From: Aplysia californica
Lineage: Eukaryota
Assembly (NCBI RefSeq): GCF_000002075.1
Contig: NW_004797325.1
Coordinates: 719,053-783,052 of the forward strand
Reading direction: 5' to 3'
DNA length: 64,000 nucleotides
The number at the start of each line of letters is the position of its first letter. The first letter of the stretch is position 1. This document shows, piece by piece, positions 1 to 12,194 of this stretch. A model generated the notes under the pieces. It saw nothing but the letters and a program-made list of their open reading frames with translations. It made no database searches and had not been told where the DNA came from. The position numbers and the translations under genes are program-made.

Positions 1-2031
1 CACACACACACACCTCCCCCCTAAATTCCCCTGTCTAAGACGACATTTTTTTCTGGCTCCCTTGCGATTCCGTCTTACACAGGTTCGACTGTATTCATAA
101 AATGTTATTCTCTTTGATGTGTAAATATAAGGTAACCCCTAACCTGCTCTCGCTCTCTCTCTCTCCCTCTGTCCCTTTCTCTCTCTCTACTCTCTCTTTC
201 TCATACACACTCTTGTGTGTCAGTATCTTTCTTGTATAACACATGAGGCACAGAATCAAATATACACATACACACACTCATACATACACACAGAGTTGAC
301 GTAACGTTGAAAAGATAACCAATGAATGAGGAGGCAAAGAAAAACCTTCGTCTAAGGAGAAAGAAAGACTTAGGAGAGACGAATAAAGTACCAGTTACTC
401 GCTTAAGTCTGAACATCAATTTGGAAAAACACAAGTCATGAGTGTCGATCCCCCTCGAAAAAAACATGAATCCTTTCTTGCATAGTGACAACTTCCTGGA
501 CTAAAACAGACCTGTTGATTTATTGGGCAAGTTTCGTTGAGAGACAGGGAGGAACAGATGCAGATGAGGAAGCAAGAATAGGAAAAAGCAAACGCAGCCT
601 TCTTGCAGCAGAGGAATAACAGGAGCTCAAGGAGCAGTGAGCAGAGCCTTAAAAGCTGATTTTGGAAGACTTTGAACGACATGACGAAGCCAGATAAGAT
701 GGCCAAAGACAAAGACTTCAAAAGGGACCTTGTTTGTGGCCTGTGCCACTTTAGGGGTGATGAAAGCTGAAGATAATGAGAGAAAAAAAGAAAAAGAAAA
801 GGTCACAGAGAGATGAAAGTATTGAAAGGACACCTCAAGGAAAAGGACACAGAGAGATGAAAAGACCAAGGAAGGAGAAAAAGATCATGGCTAAACAAAA
901 TAATATAATAAAAACAAAGATAATGTTCTAATGCAAAATGCCATCACCTATTCAATACCTATAGCTTTCAAACTGTAAATCACGTTGGGTTTTTTTTTCT
1001 CCTCTGTCGATATAACAATCATCTAATCTTGGAAAACACATGAACATCAAAGATTTCTAGATGTGGTGGTCCACAGCTGCCTCTGACATTCCAAACTTCC
1101 ACTAAATACAGCTACTATAATCTACTGTTACTTCAAATGAAGCAGGACACGACACACACTACGGTCAAACCTAAAAAAAAAAAGCTCTGAAGAGTCCCAA
1201 GTACTAAAAGATCAAACATGAACGCAATCAAACTGAAGTCTAATCATGAGATTCAATCTGTATTATAATTCCTTGATAAGTTTTAAATGTATTATGATAT
1301 AATAGAATTTCATGATGGTCAAAAAGGAACATAAATGGGAAAAGAAATAAAACATGTCTGGAAGCACAAATAAGACTAACTAATTTTAATTATCAATCAT
1401 TCCCCAAACCCATGAACTCACTACAATAAACAAGGAAACTGATTAAATTTACGATTCTCAATTTTTGGTTAACTTTCAAGCCAACCACTATCAGCACAGG
1501 AGCAATATAGATGCGCTAGGGTGTTAATCTACATACACTTCGGCATGAATTTCAAGAACTGCAGCCAAAGTTATCCTTCAAACCTTGCTATACAAAGTAG
1601 CAAGAGTGCACTAAGCCCGCTGTGACCCACAACAGCTTCAAGTTCAAGCGACTAAATTCACCTAAACAAAAACTGACCTACAAGCTTCTACCAAATTAAT
1701 AAACACAGAAAGGCATACTTATTATCTAGACTTCATTCACCATAACTAAATGAAAGCAAGTACTATACTGTAGTAACTAGCATGCACTGTTCGGCCTTTC
1801 ACTAACAAAAAATAAGTGCAAAATCAGCCATAATAAAAATGATGCAAGAGAGAAAGCAATCATCTGATGAAACTTAACTTGCAAGAAACAGAAGAAATGT
1901 GGAGAAAAGAGGAGACAGGCAGCAATAAATGAACTTTTCTTTTGATGAACAGGCATCTTCACAGAGCAGGGTTACTATAAATGACATTTTGAAACCAGAA
2001 TTAATTATGAGAAATGGCTCTGCATACTTAC

Positions 2032-2069
2032 TGTGGGATCAAATTTTCTGAAGCTGTCCAGTCCAAGAC
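2032..2069 (-). CDS. MICU1: MICU1 coding exon 4 (38 nt, GLGLDSFRKFDPT); gene continues beyond the left edge
   Basis: tttcag acceptor, ACA|GTAAGT donor, phase-compatible; corresponds to vertebrate HLGLDQYIIKRFDGK. Confidence 0.93.
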
Positions 2070-2506
2070 CTGAAAGAAAATAAAGTTCACAGCTGAATAA
2101 TAGCAAAAGGAAGCGTTGTATAAAATGAGCCTTAATTGAAGGGGTTAACTCTTAAGCAGATTAATTCTTCACGTACCGTGAGCCGGTAGGAGCGGCTCGA
2201 CGTGAAGTGGGTTTGTGCGGGCGCGAGTACTAGATTTGATGGCTTGTTTCCCAACAGCTGGGTTTCTGTGTCTAATTTGTTTACGTTGGTTAGGGAGATT
2301 ATCATGGCTGAAGATTGCTCCTGAAATAATTATAGTGACAGTTTTCTTGTTTGGATTATACCGCGTAAGTCTGAGTGAACCTGGGCTGCATTAAGTATAC
2401 ATCTATACACCAAATAAAAATGATTTCAATGAACAGTTTAAAAAAAAAATGCTATTGATCTTTCTTTCCTATCATTATTAATAGTCGGTATACCAATAAA
2501 AGAATG

Positions 2507-4324
2507 CAGTGGAACTCGGATTCAACGAGAACTCGGATTCAACGAGAGATGGATTCCCCGTTTTTTTCCTTCTTTAAAATCAATAACAATAACCCAGATT
2601 CAACGAACACTTAAATCAGCAAGCTCGGATTCAACGAGGTCGCTTTCAGGGTGAACAGCCCCTGCAGACGTGGCTTCACTCATTTTTCTCCCACAACGAA
2701 CTTTATCTCTTCCCGAAAACCATTCATTGCACCTGCATTGTGAACCATTATTCACTTAGCCGACTGAATGCGACAAATCAGAGGCTTTCTTTCATACCAA
2801 CACATGCGTTGTTGGTACGAGCATGTGTCTACTCTAGCACGTGTCGGAGTCGAATAGGCGGCCTGCCCATGTGTGACTGTGTGCGTGTTGGGGGGGCGCG
2901 GCACCAGCGGTCGGGGCGCGGCACCAGCGGTCCGGGCTGGAACGTCGCAGATACAAAAAAGTTGTCACAGTCTTTTTCCCCCCAGCAACTGATCAATATT
3001 ACAATGATAAGCTAGTCTTGACATAGATCTACGAAATGAATTGTGCGCTGGTCTATGGAATAAAGTGACCGTACGATAGGCACTGCACTAAACAGCAACA
3101 CAACTTTTTGGCAAACAATCGAGAGGCACTTGAATAGGTACCAGAAACTAAATTTTCAAAGTAACTGTATGCCAAATTTATCTGTTCCATTTGAAAGGCC
3201 TATATCCACTGAGCATTTTGGTACCATAGTTTAATCCCTCAGTCAATTTTTAAGAAAATGGTAGTTGTTTAAAATTTGATCAAATTTGTTAAAGTCAGTC
3301 ACTGGCTGCAACCCCATGTTTGACAAATAATAAAAGAGTACCAAGTGCACTAAACATCTCCACATTAACAGAGTACAATCACTATAACAAATATATGCAG
3401 CCTTATTTTTTTCAAGACTGTGAGATCATTACAAATCAGTATTTTATCGCCTCAAACACGATGACCTGTCGTTATTTTGACAAAAACACCGAGCGTTGAC
3501 CCAGTCGGCGCCGTACCGGCCCTCGCGGCGAGCGAGTCGGCTCTATACTGTAGTGTACCCCGCGTGGGGGGTCACATGCTTTCTGAGTCTCGCGGAAGGA
3601 TTGATGCAAAATAATTCCAAGCTGATTACTTTATTTTAATAGAAAATAAACTGATCTTTTAAATGAAACCGTTTTTGAGCCGGTATTTTACATATTTAGT
3701 GTAAAAAAATGTTTTTAAAAATGTTGACGGTATTTTTAAAGACTTTCTATTTAAACGCTAAAGGCCAAAATTATACCACGGGACAGCCCGTTTAAAGCTT
3801 TACAGTTCTCTGCCAATGAAAAGACGGCATTTAATCATCCCTCGTTCCGCGAAGCATTTGAATGCACTCTTGTCAATTTTAGAACCGGCCGACCACACAT
3901 TCTGACCTCGAGGGGCTTCACTTTCCTCGGTGATTCTCTAGCTCCTAATAATCGGACATATAAACAACTTACACCATTGTAACGAGGAAAAGTTTAACTT
4001 TTACAAGGTGTACGGCATTTGATGTTTTATAGCGAAAGCGCAAAGAAACAATGATCGGAATTACCCCGATTTCACCGATACCACGAGGTTGGAAGGCCGC
4101 AAGGACGTGTTTATGCTACCTAATTAGAACGAATTGGTCTTTTTTTTTTTTTGCACAGCTCATAATATGCAGGCATTTCTGGCACCACTAGTTACTTCTC
4201 TTTATACATTACTTGCTCAGTGCCTATAATTATCTACACAACCTCATATTTGCTATAACAAACACTCGGATTCAACGAGATATTAGGTCAGGCCCGGCGA
4301 CCTCTTTGAATCTGAGTTCTACTG
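2507..4324. mobile_element. pogo/Tc1-mariner-like MITE (family C) with a nested insert
   Basis: TIR CAGTGGAACTCGGATTCAA...TTGAATCTGAGTTCTACTG-TA; colinear with 55876-56700. Confidence 0.85.
3137..4120. mobile_element. TIR element nested in the family C MITE
   Basis: TA|GGTACCAGAAAC...GTTTATGCTACC|TA; absent from the 55876 copy; partial inverted copy at about 19345-19682. Confidence 0.75.
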
Positions 4325-4619
4325 TATACATATCAATCCTGGGAAACACCTCAGCGAAAAGGTGCCTGCTAGTTTTTATACTTAAGTTTGAGATCAAGTA
4401 CGGGCTTCAAAATATTGTCCTGAAGGCCTTAATTAGCCCACAGGCCATGAGTGTAAGGCCCTTGTTCTAACCAGCGTTAGGTAACAAATGACAGCTCCCA
4501 CGTGGTGGGGTAGTTGGTAAGCTATTCTTTCACAAAGAACATCTTTTCATAGCATTTTAAAATGTTGTACTTGCATTTCTATAGACTTCCGGGCACACAG
4601 CTTTTGCGATCAGACTTAC

Positions 4620-4779
4620 CCTCAGGTTGTTTCACGCCAGGCGTGATAGAACGGACGAAGTCCTCAGGAGTCATGTACACCTCCCAGTCCCCACCCTGAA
4701 GCACTTTCAGGGTAGCGAAATACCGAAAGATTTTATCAGGTGTGGAGTAAGCTCGAATCCTGTCTTCATAGCCGATGAT
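4620..4779 (-). CDS. MICU1: MICU1 coding exon 3
   Basis: [26 protein letters not shown]...[18 protein letters not shown], a diagnostic MICU1 block; cag acceptor, G|GTAAGT donor (phase 1). Confidence 0.97.
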
Positions 4780-4925
4780 CTGGGGGTTACAGACAACAAA
4801 AACGTACACAAAACAGAAAACAAAAGGAAACAGCACAAAATGGAACACACACTAACAGTAAGGAGAGAAGGTTTTTTCTGGTACAAATATGAAAAGGAAA
4901 GATGGTAGATCTAATATTTGTTATA

Positions 4926-6266
4926 CTAGCATCTGCATTTGTTGCCATTTTTTTGTCCTAAAGTTGCCATAAAAATGGCAAAAGTTGCCATTAATTTTCA
5001 AGCTCTCAACTCTCTGTGACGACGTATATAGCAATATGTTGATAGAGGTAACTTAATCTGAAACACCAGAATTTCTTGTGCTCTGCTTTAAGCCTCCAGA
5101 ATATAATTTGTAGTCACACAGAGTATAAAAACGTCAAAAAGAAAGGTTTCACAACAGAATGAAATCAAAGTTAGAACAGCAAATAAACAACCACAAAAAT
5201 TAACAAATAAGAGCATGTGTCAACCCACCTATAGACTGGTCGTTTTAACCCTAAACGCGTGTAATTCAAGAAAAAATACAGGATATAGATGGAATCAGAC
5301 ACAATGGGCCTGCCAGTGTCAGTATTCGGTTTTGGTGGAGACACACTCTAACCTGCCCCCCCAGGAAATCGCGGTCTTGTGGCCGCGTTTTTCATCGAGT
5401 TCCGCAATAAACTCGCAATTCTTTGCCATTTTTGCAATTTCTTGCAATTTTAGGCAAAAATACATCAACGCATTAATTTTTAACTGAATTTTTAATATGA
5501 AATGGTGCGAATACAGAGCCGATAGGCCTACGTAAGATTATGATGGCTTCCGCCCAGCTCTAGTCTACTGGGCCTACTCTGAAAGCTATAACCGGAAATT
5601 CAGGCCGGTATACATCATGTGCAACACAAAGTGAGACATAGAGATCTATTGTGTGTAAGTGTAAGCGTGCGTGTGTTATAAAAAAGTAGGTGTGTGCATG
5701 TGTGCGCGCGTGTGAGGTGTACGTGTGTATGTGTGTGTGTGTGTGTAAGTGTGTGTGTGTGTGTGTGTGTGTGTGCGCACGCGCGTGAATATTGTTCGTA
5801 CATGATGCATATGTCTACATGTCTAACATAACACATTAAAAAAAGAAAGATAGGAACAACATAAACACCAAAAAAAAAAAAAAACAATACATAAGAACAA
5901 TAACAAGTTTTTAAAAATTAATACACCAACAAATCAAAACACATAAAGAGGGAAACAAGAAAAAGAAACAGCAATATAAATAGTATGTAATTACAGTAAT
6001 GTAGCCTACTTATATTCTTCACATGAAAATTACAAATCAACGTGGTGTTAACAAGCGAGAAAGAGACGAAGTGAAGCGAAAGTGAAAATAAACTTTCTTT
6101 TTAAAAGTAAAAAGGTTGGGCTTCTTTTTCTTCACGAATATTATTCCCCGTTTTGTTTTTTTGTTGTTGTTTTTTTTTTAATTTATTTTTTCTTCCCGAC
6201 GGTGGTTTTTTGCTGGAAAAATGCAGAAATCGCGGCCGCGAATCGCGCGACAAACGCAGATGCTAG
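4926..6266. mobile_element. Non-autonomous TIR element with 6-bp TSD, containing a (TG)n tract
   Basis: TIR CTAGCATCTGC(A/G)TTTGT(T/C)GC; GTTATA at 4920-4925 and 6267-6272. Confidence 0.85.
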
Positions 6267-6836
6267 GTTATAGACTTCATTAATACTACCAGCAGCAGAA
6301 AATGCATCAAATTAAAAATTTTTTTTTTTTTTAAATTTAATAAATAAAAGAAAAAGAAAAGAAATGAATTATAGAGCAAAAGCATAGCAAGCTCATGGCT
6401 CAGCCTATATTTTTCACTTTATGTTGACAGTACACACCTCCACTGACACAGTCACATGCAAAAACAAACAACAGCAAACCATAAAAGGTTTAACTCATTT
6501 CTAACTCTTACTCTCCACCAACATAATATAAGAGTTGCTGTTTTGAAATATCACTAGCATCTCAAAAGAATAGACTGAACCATTTTAAAAAAGCAAGCAT
6601 CAAGTATGTCTGGACTGCCTCTTTTCTAACCTTCCTGACAAAGAACATAAAAGTGAGAACTTCTTTGAAATTAGGATTTTTTCAACTAAGAAATAGCCAA
6701 TTAAATTTGACATGGAAATTAATGAAAGCTCAACACTTCACAACCCCCCCCCCCAAAAAAAAAAAAACCCCAAAAAAACAAACCCCCTACAAACAAAACC
6801 TTTCACAGTGGTATTTCCATAAGACATCAGCCATAC

Positions 6837-6993
6837 CTTTCTATCCCTGAAACCAACTTTTTTCTTTTTCTTTTTCTCTCCTTCCTCATCTCCTTCCTCA
6901 GGCTCCTCACTAGATGACTCACTATCAGTGAGAGATGCAGACTTGACACTGAATGCATCCTTCAGTGAAACTTGTCCATCAAGCACAGCCAAT
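6837..6993 (-). CDS. MICU1: MICU1 coding exon 2 (acidic stretch, polybasic KKKKKKVGFRDRK)
   Basis: aacag acceptor, AAG|GTATGG donor; matches vertebrate MICU1 KKKKRSGFRDRK. Confidence 0.95.
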
Positions 6994-7321
6994 CTGTTCA
7001 GACCAAATAACTGGTTTCAAAAACAGAGCTAAGAACACTCAGAATTCACCTGATAATATGCATTATATATCACATCATTCAGCAAGTATTTTGGATTTAT
7101 TATAACGTATGAAACTTGGGATTTATTAAATGGTGGTTGCTGTTCTCATACATTTACTATACACTACAGTTATACTTCCTAAAAGCAAGTTACAACTAAA
7201 GGAACAACATGCAAAAGTCCACCACTGAATTTGAAGAATTTATAATATAGTCAATAACAATAATAACTGAACATTTCACTGTTGGAAGTCATCTGATTTG
7301 GTATCATTTACCGGTACTTAC

Positions 7322-7677
7322 CCATTGAAAAGCCACATGAAGGCAAAAACCGATCCCAGGAAGATGCAATAAATAGTTGTGAGCCTTGAGCTTTTCTTTG
7401 GTTTGTGTGCAAAATTTGAGTACGAAGTAGTCCTCTTCCATCTTCTGATAGTCAATATATGAAGAACTGGTAATGGGTTTTGCTTTGTCAAAACAGCATG
7501 TTTAAAAGAAATCAAGCAACTTGAAGACCGTGATGGTACAATAAGATGCAACGGTTTGGCAGTAGACAGTGAGGAAGTGACAGGCTTTATTTTAAAACTT
7601 AGAACATTGTTGTTCCTTCTTCCAAGCAGGAGGGGCCACAGGCATCTTGAGTGTCTACCAACACACTGTCCAGCCAT
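7322..7677 (-). CDS. MICU1: MICU1 first coding exon (mitochondrial presequence and hydrophobic segment); exon acceptor at 7687
   Basis: tttcag acceptor, then GGCCCATAAA-ATG(7677); Arg/Ser/Leu-rich, acid-poor N-terminus ending in a hydrophobic stretch; GG|GTAAGT donor (phase 2) joins in frame to the 6993 exon. Confidence 0.8.
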
Positions 7678-9731
7678 TTTATGGGCCCTGAAAGGATAGA
7701 AAAAACCCAAACAAACAACCATAAACTAATGACATAGAAGTCAGGTATTAAACCCTACAAGCTATTATCTGTGCTTGCGTACTACAAGAAAAGAAAAAAT
7801 TCCCAAAGCCACTGATGTTAGAATTTCATTTTCAAAATCAGCTATTTTAATTTTAACATCTTGTTGCCCATACTGTTACCAACAAGCAAGATTAACAGTC
7901 CAGTTTTAAAGTAACTGTACTTTGTATACTATACAATAAAACCTTGATAACATAAAGTTCAAGGGTTTAAAGAATTTCCTTGTGCTAAGCAGAAAGAAAA
8001 AAAAAAAAGGGGGGGGGGGAGGCAACTCCATTCTTACTGTTCAAATACGATTTTTAACTAGATGTGTAGAGCTGCCATATTCAAAGGAGTTCAATAACGA
8101 TTTTCCATGCTACTTTTTACAACTCAGTTTAAGAATCAAACCATAACAAAACAAGGCTTTTATGGGTATTGAGCTTACGAAGTTTTCAAAATTATATGAT
8201 TATAATAAGCTACAGCACACTTTCGACTTCCAATCATGATAGTGATAGATAGGCAAAAGTGCTTTAACTCTACCTTAATCCTTAAGACTTGGACATACTC
8301 CTAGAAACTGATCAGGACAGCTGTGTTTCTTTCTCTTCTTCTTCTTCCTCCCCTCACCCCGTAACATTACAAACTGTTCTAGTACGATAACTTGCAGTTT
8401 GCAAAAATAGAAATTAGGCATTTTCATTTATCTTGGAAATGGATTGATGTGTCTCCTGCTCACCAAACGCCTACATCCGCACTAGTAAGTCTGAAATTAT
8501 GCTACAAGTATACAGCTAATCGATATAATGGAAAACTCCAGCATTAGATGTTCACCCGACAAAAAGTGAAAGCACTTTGCCAAATTTGAGAACATCAAGC
8601 TGACATTGTTTCAATAGTCCAACAAGCATGACGTGCCATGTCTCTTCCTATCTGTGGGCAAGCTATCGTAAGTAAGCTATCTCAGGTCCCATCCTTGTGA
8701 CAAGTGTTAAAAGTAGATAAAATAGTAAAGGAACTTTGCCTTAATTTCACATGCAACACTGGATGGTTGGGCAGGTTAAAAAAAGAGACAGCATCGTCAG
8801 CGTCACTCAAAAAGCTGTGTGCAGTGAATCTGCGACAAGTTATCGGTTGGTCCTTTATTTTTTTATTATAGGTCTGTCACTAAGGTATGTCCCTTGATTT
8901 TCTTCTAAATCTCTTTCATTTTTCCTATCATTTGTTAACCTGAATTCATTTATCAATCCTCAGTGTTTTGTGTTTGAATTATCCACGCCGACTTGAAGAC
9001 AGGCTATTACTATTTATTAGCCTAAAAATTTTCTGGATAATCCGATTTTGGCCCCAACGATAACTATGGAGTATGAGTTTTGACCCCACCAATGATTACT
9101 TCTGGTTCAAAACGATTACTTTTCGCTGCACGTGCCAATACTAATCTTGCAAAACATCAATTTATGGTTAAAAATTCATGCCCTCTGAAACCCCCTTGGT
9201 TAACTCACTAACCCCCCACACTACATACACTAAATGTTCACTACAGAAACATCAGATATAAGTACAATCACATGCAAAATAAATGACAAAGAAATTTTTC
9301 TGACTTTTTTTTTTAGTAGAGGTTTTACGGCGCTCGCAACTGCATAAGGTCATATGAGCGCCAAGGGGTGGATGTCAACAGAGAAGTCCTTACAGGGAAT
9401 CAGACTTACTCTGCTCACCTCTCTAGCTTCAACAGCACAAAGTCTGCTTCGACTATCAAGACACCTCGGAAATAGCAGGTCACAAAAGTGTGAAAAACAT
9501 ATAAAAGAAGTAGAGGAAAAATGATGATAGTAAGGATTAGGAAAGAAAAAGCAGCAGTTCCCTGTTGCAGTTCAGGCACAGTTAAGAGCCTGAAATTGAT
9601 GAATTAGCCCATTTACAATTATAATTCTACTGTGCCTAAGAACTCGAGATGTTTATGTCCCCCCCTTTGGGAATGGCCTAAAGACACTTCAGTCAGTCGC
9701 CGTGGGGGGGGGGTTACGGCTTTTGTGTAAT

Positions 9732-10800
9732 CATAGCTGCCACTCAGGAATTTCAAAAAAGGAGGATATTCATGCGAAGGCGGACGCGCGCTCTCCGAAG
9801 GCCAAAGTAAAACCAGTGAGATCCAGAGGCAATATACTGGAAAATCTAGCTTATGGTTTTGGAAGGGAAAACTGTCAAATTTGTTAACCATAGGCAACTG
9901 AATTAAAATGTATTGGAAAGAACCCCCCCCCAAAAAACAAAAAAAAACAAACCCAAAAGGCATTAAGTTGACAAACAAGCATTTGAGTCAATTTGACACA
10001 GTTTGTTGCCAGCTGGTGTCTTATAAAAAGATTTTTTTCACTTTAAACTTGTACATCGATGTAGAGCGCGCACAGTATTGGATCAAGGAGGCAACACCTT
10101 TGCCGCTGTACTGAGCACTCCTGTACAATTGCGGTCCCGTTCGCACTTAACTTGGTAGTGTCCCTGTAGTGTGTAGATCTAAACTGAATTAAAATTATAG
10201 CCCAGGCTATCTAATCTAGATCTAGATATCTAAATATGTGTAAATCTAGATTACATCTAGAGATAGATTATCTAGATCTAGATTCACTTCAACAGCCACA
10301 ATAGCCGTCATGTAAACAAACGGGACCGCAATTGTACAAGAGTGCCGCGGGCAGCAATTTCTTTATCACACCAAACGCAAAGTGCAGCAAGCGGCTTGTT
10401 CAATTTACTAATGAACTTTTCAAGTTGCACACCGGCTGCTTCTTTCTCATTCCAGCTCCTTCTATTTTTGCATTCTGCATCAATTTCTCTCGAATTTCCG
10501 CCGTTTTCAATGACAACTCGGCGCGCCAACGTCCCGATGCCCGATCGACACTTTGTTGCTCCACAATAAACAAAGTGAAACTAACGCTAGGCCTAGAAGA
10601 ACGGAAGAAGAAAGCTACGGACGGACATGCGTCATGCACAAGCTGCGTTTTCGTCTCTCTCCCGGTTCGATGTTTTCCGCGTGTAAAAAAAAGTATCGCA
10701 ATTTGTGACCGAAAGCGGTCCAGGGGAGGAAGGAGGAAAGTAACGGGAAAAGCTGGATGAAGCGGAGTTACCGCTATTTAGCGGGAAAGTGGCAGCTATG
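9732..10800 (-). mobile_element. hAT-like (5-bp TSD) deletion derivative, family A copy 1
   Basis: TIR CATAGCTGCCACT; TSD GTAAT; colinear with 33674-40893 and 56704-57732. Confidence 0.9.
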
Positions 10801-11411
10801 GTAATGATCTTTAAAAAAATGGACACAATTTGACCATGAGCCAAGATCTAACGATATTTTTTTTTCTGTTTACATTGCGGGTCGAACTCTGGTACTAGAT
10901 GTAGGGTTTGCCCGTCGGTTATCCTTTGCCATTGTCAGTACTTGTGCTTGGTCCCGTTTTTCACATTCTAAACGTTTATTCTGAGTTATTTCAATACTAA
11001 GTATGAACTGTGAAACTAAATCAGAGTTGCAGCTTTAGTTATCCTCACTAAAATCGTGGTTATTATCACTAAAAATCTCAAAATTGAGTGTGTTTGTTTC
11101 GACATTGTAACGAACGCCGACTCCATGACCGCAGTGGTGGATGGAAAACATTGCGCATAGCAGCCAACTTTTCAAAACTCAAAATCAGACTCTTTCCTTC
11201 GGCCAGGGCCCAGGGGCCGCCTTAAGCCATGGCGGGGTCCAGGGGCAGTGCCCTGGTGGGGGTCCAGACGGGCCGAAAACAACTTTTTACACTTTTACAA
11301 TGGAATTTTAGCCTCTCCTGGGCTTAAATTTTACCATCTCATTTGCAAAGCAACCCAGAAAAATAGGGGTAGAAAGGAAGGAGAGAGAGAGAGAGAGAAC
11401 TTAAGTTATTA

Positions 11412-12194
11412 CAGTCCATGCCAGCTTTAAGCACAGCCATCAGAAGAAAGCATAGGCATGCTTAATGCCGAAGCGTGCTTGAGTGCGAAGTAGACATTGT
11501 TCATAATCCAGAGATTTTTATATTGAAAATTTCCTGAGTTATTACCTTTTGTTCGTAAGTAGTGGTCACGCAAAAGTGTGTGCTGTCATTTTTACCCGCA
11601 ATGGTAATTTTTGTTTGTTTCTTTCGTATTGTGGTCGAATGGGAAAGGAAAACTTATTTTGGACAACCAATCACAATATAGCACACTAGGCCTACACACT
11701 GCCTGTGCATACCACTGCCCACTGTGCCACATTCATACCACCGCCTTCATCCCACCTTGCGCGTGATACATAATCAGGATTTACGAATAGTGAGGGGCAA
11801 AGGTGAAATCGCAGCCAGCCTCCCTTTCTCGTCACTCCGACTTTCTTTTGTATTTTTTTCGTCTATGTGTAGCTTTGCAATAGGCTAGATCTTATGTCCA
11901 CGCGCGTGGCTGTGTGTATCTCTCTGCCTTCCTCTCCACACGCGCGCGTGTGTCCATCAATTGCATTTTTTTGTGTTTCACTTAACACACTCACTGCTGC
12001 GGTGTAGACTGTGTTCGAACTTCGCTGGGTCAACATGAAAGTATTGACTGTCTTGTAAATGAAGCGTGCCTAAAGTCGAAGTTGCTGTGCTTAAAGGCAT
12101 GTCATTTACACAGCAAAAATTGGGTAAGAGCCGTTTAGCGTGCTTGAGTTCGAAACGTGCTTTATGCTGGCGTGCTTAAAGCTGGAATGGACTG
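11412..12194. mobile_element. pogo/Tc1-mariner-like MITE
   Basis: TA|CAGTCCATGCCAGCTTTAAGCAC...GTGCTTAAAGCTGGAATGGACTG|TA. Confidence 0.88.

Noticed and set aside
540-740. Plus-strand charged, coiled-coil-like peptide (RDREEQMQMRKQ...)
   Set aside because: Interrupted by stops; explained as the complement of minus-strand pyrimidine tracts
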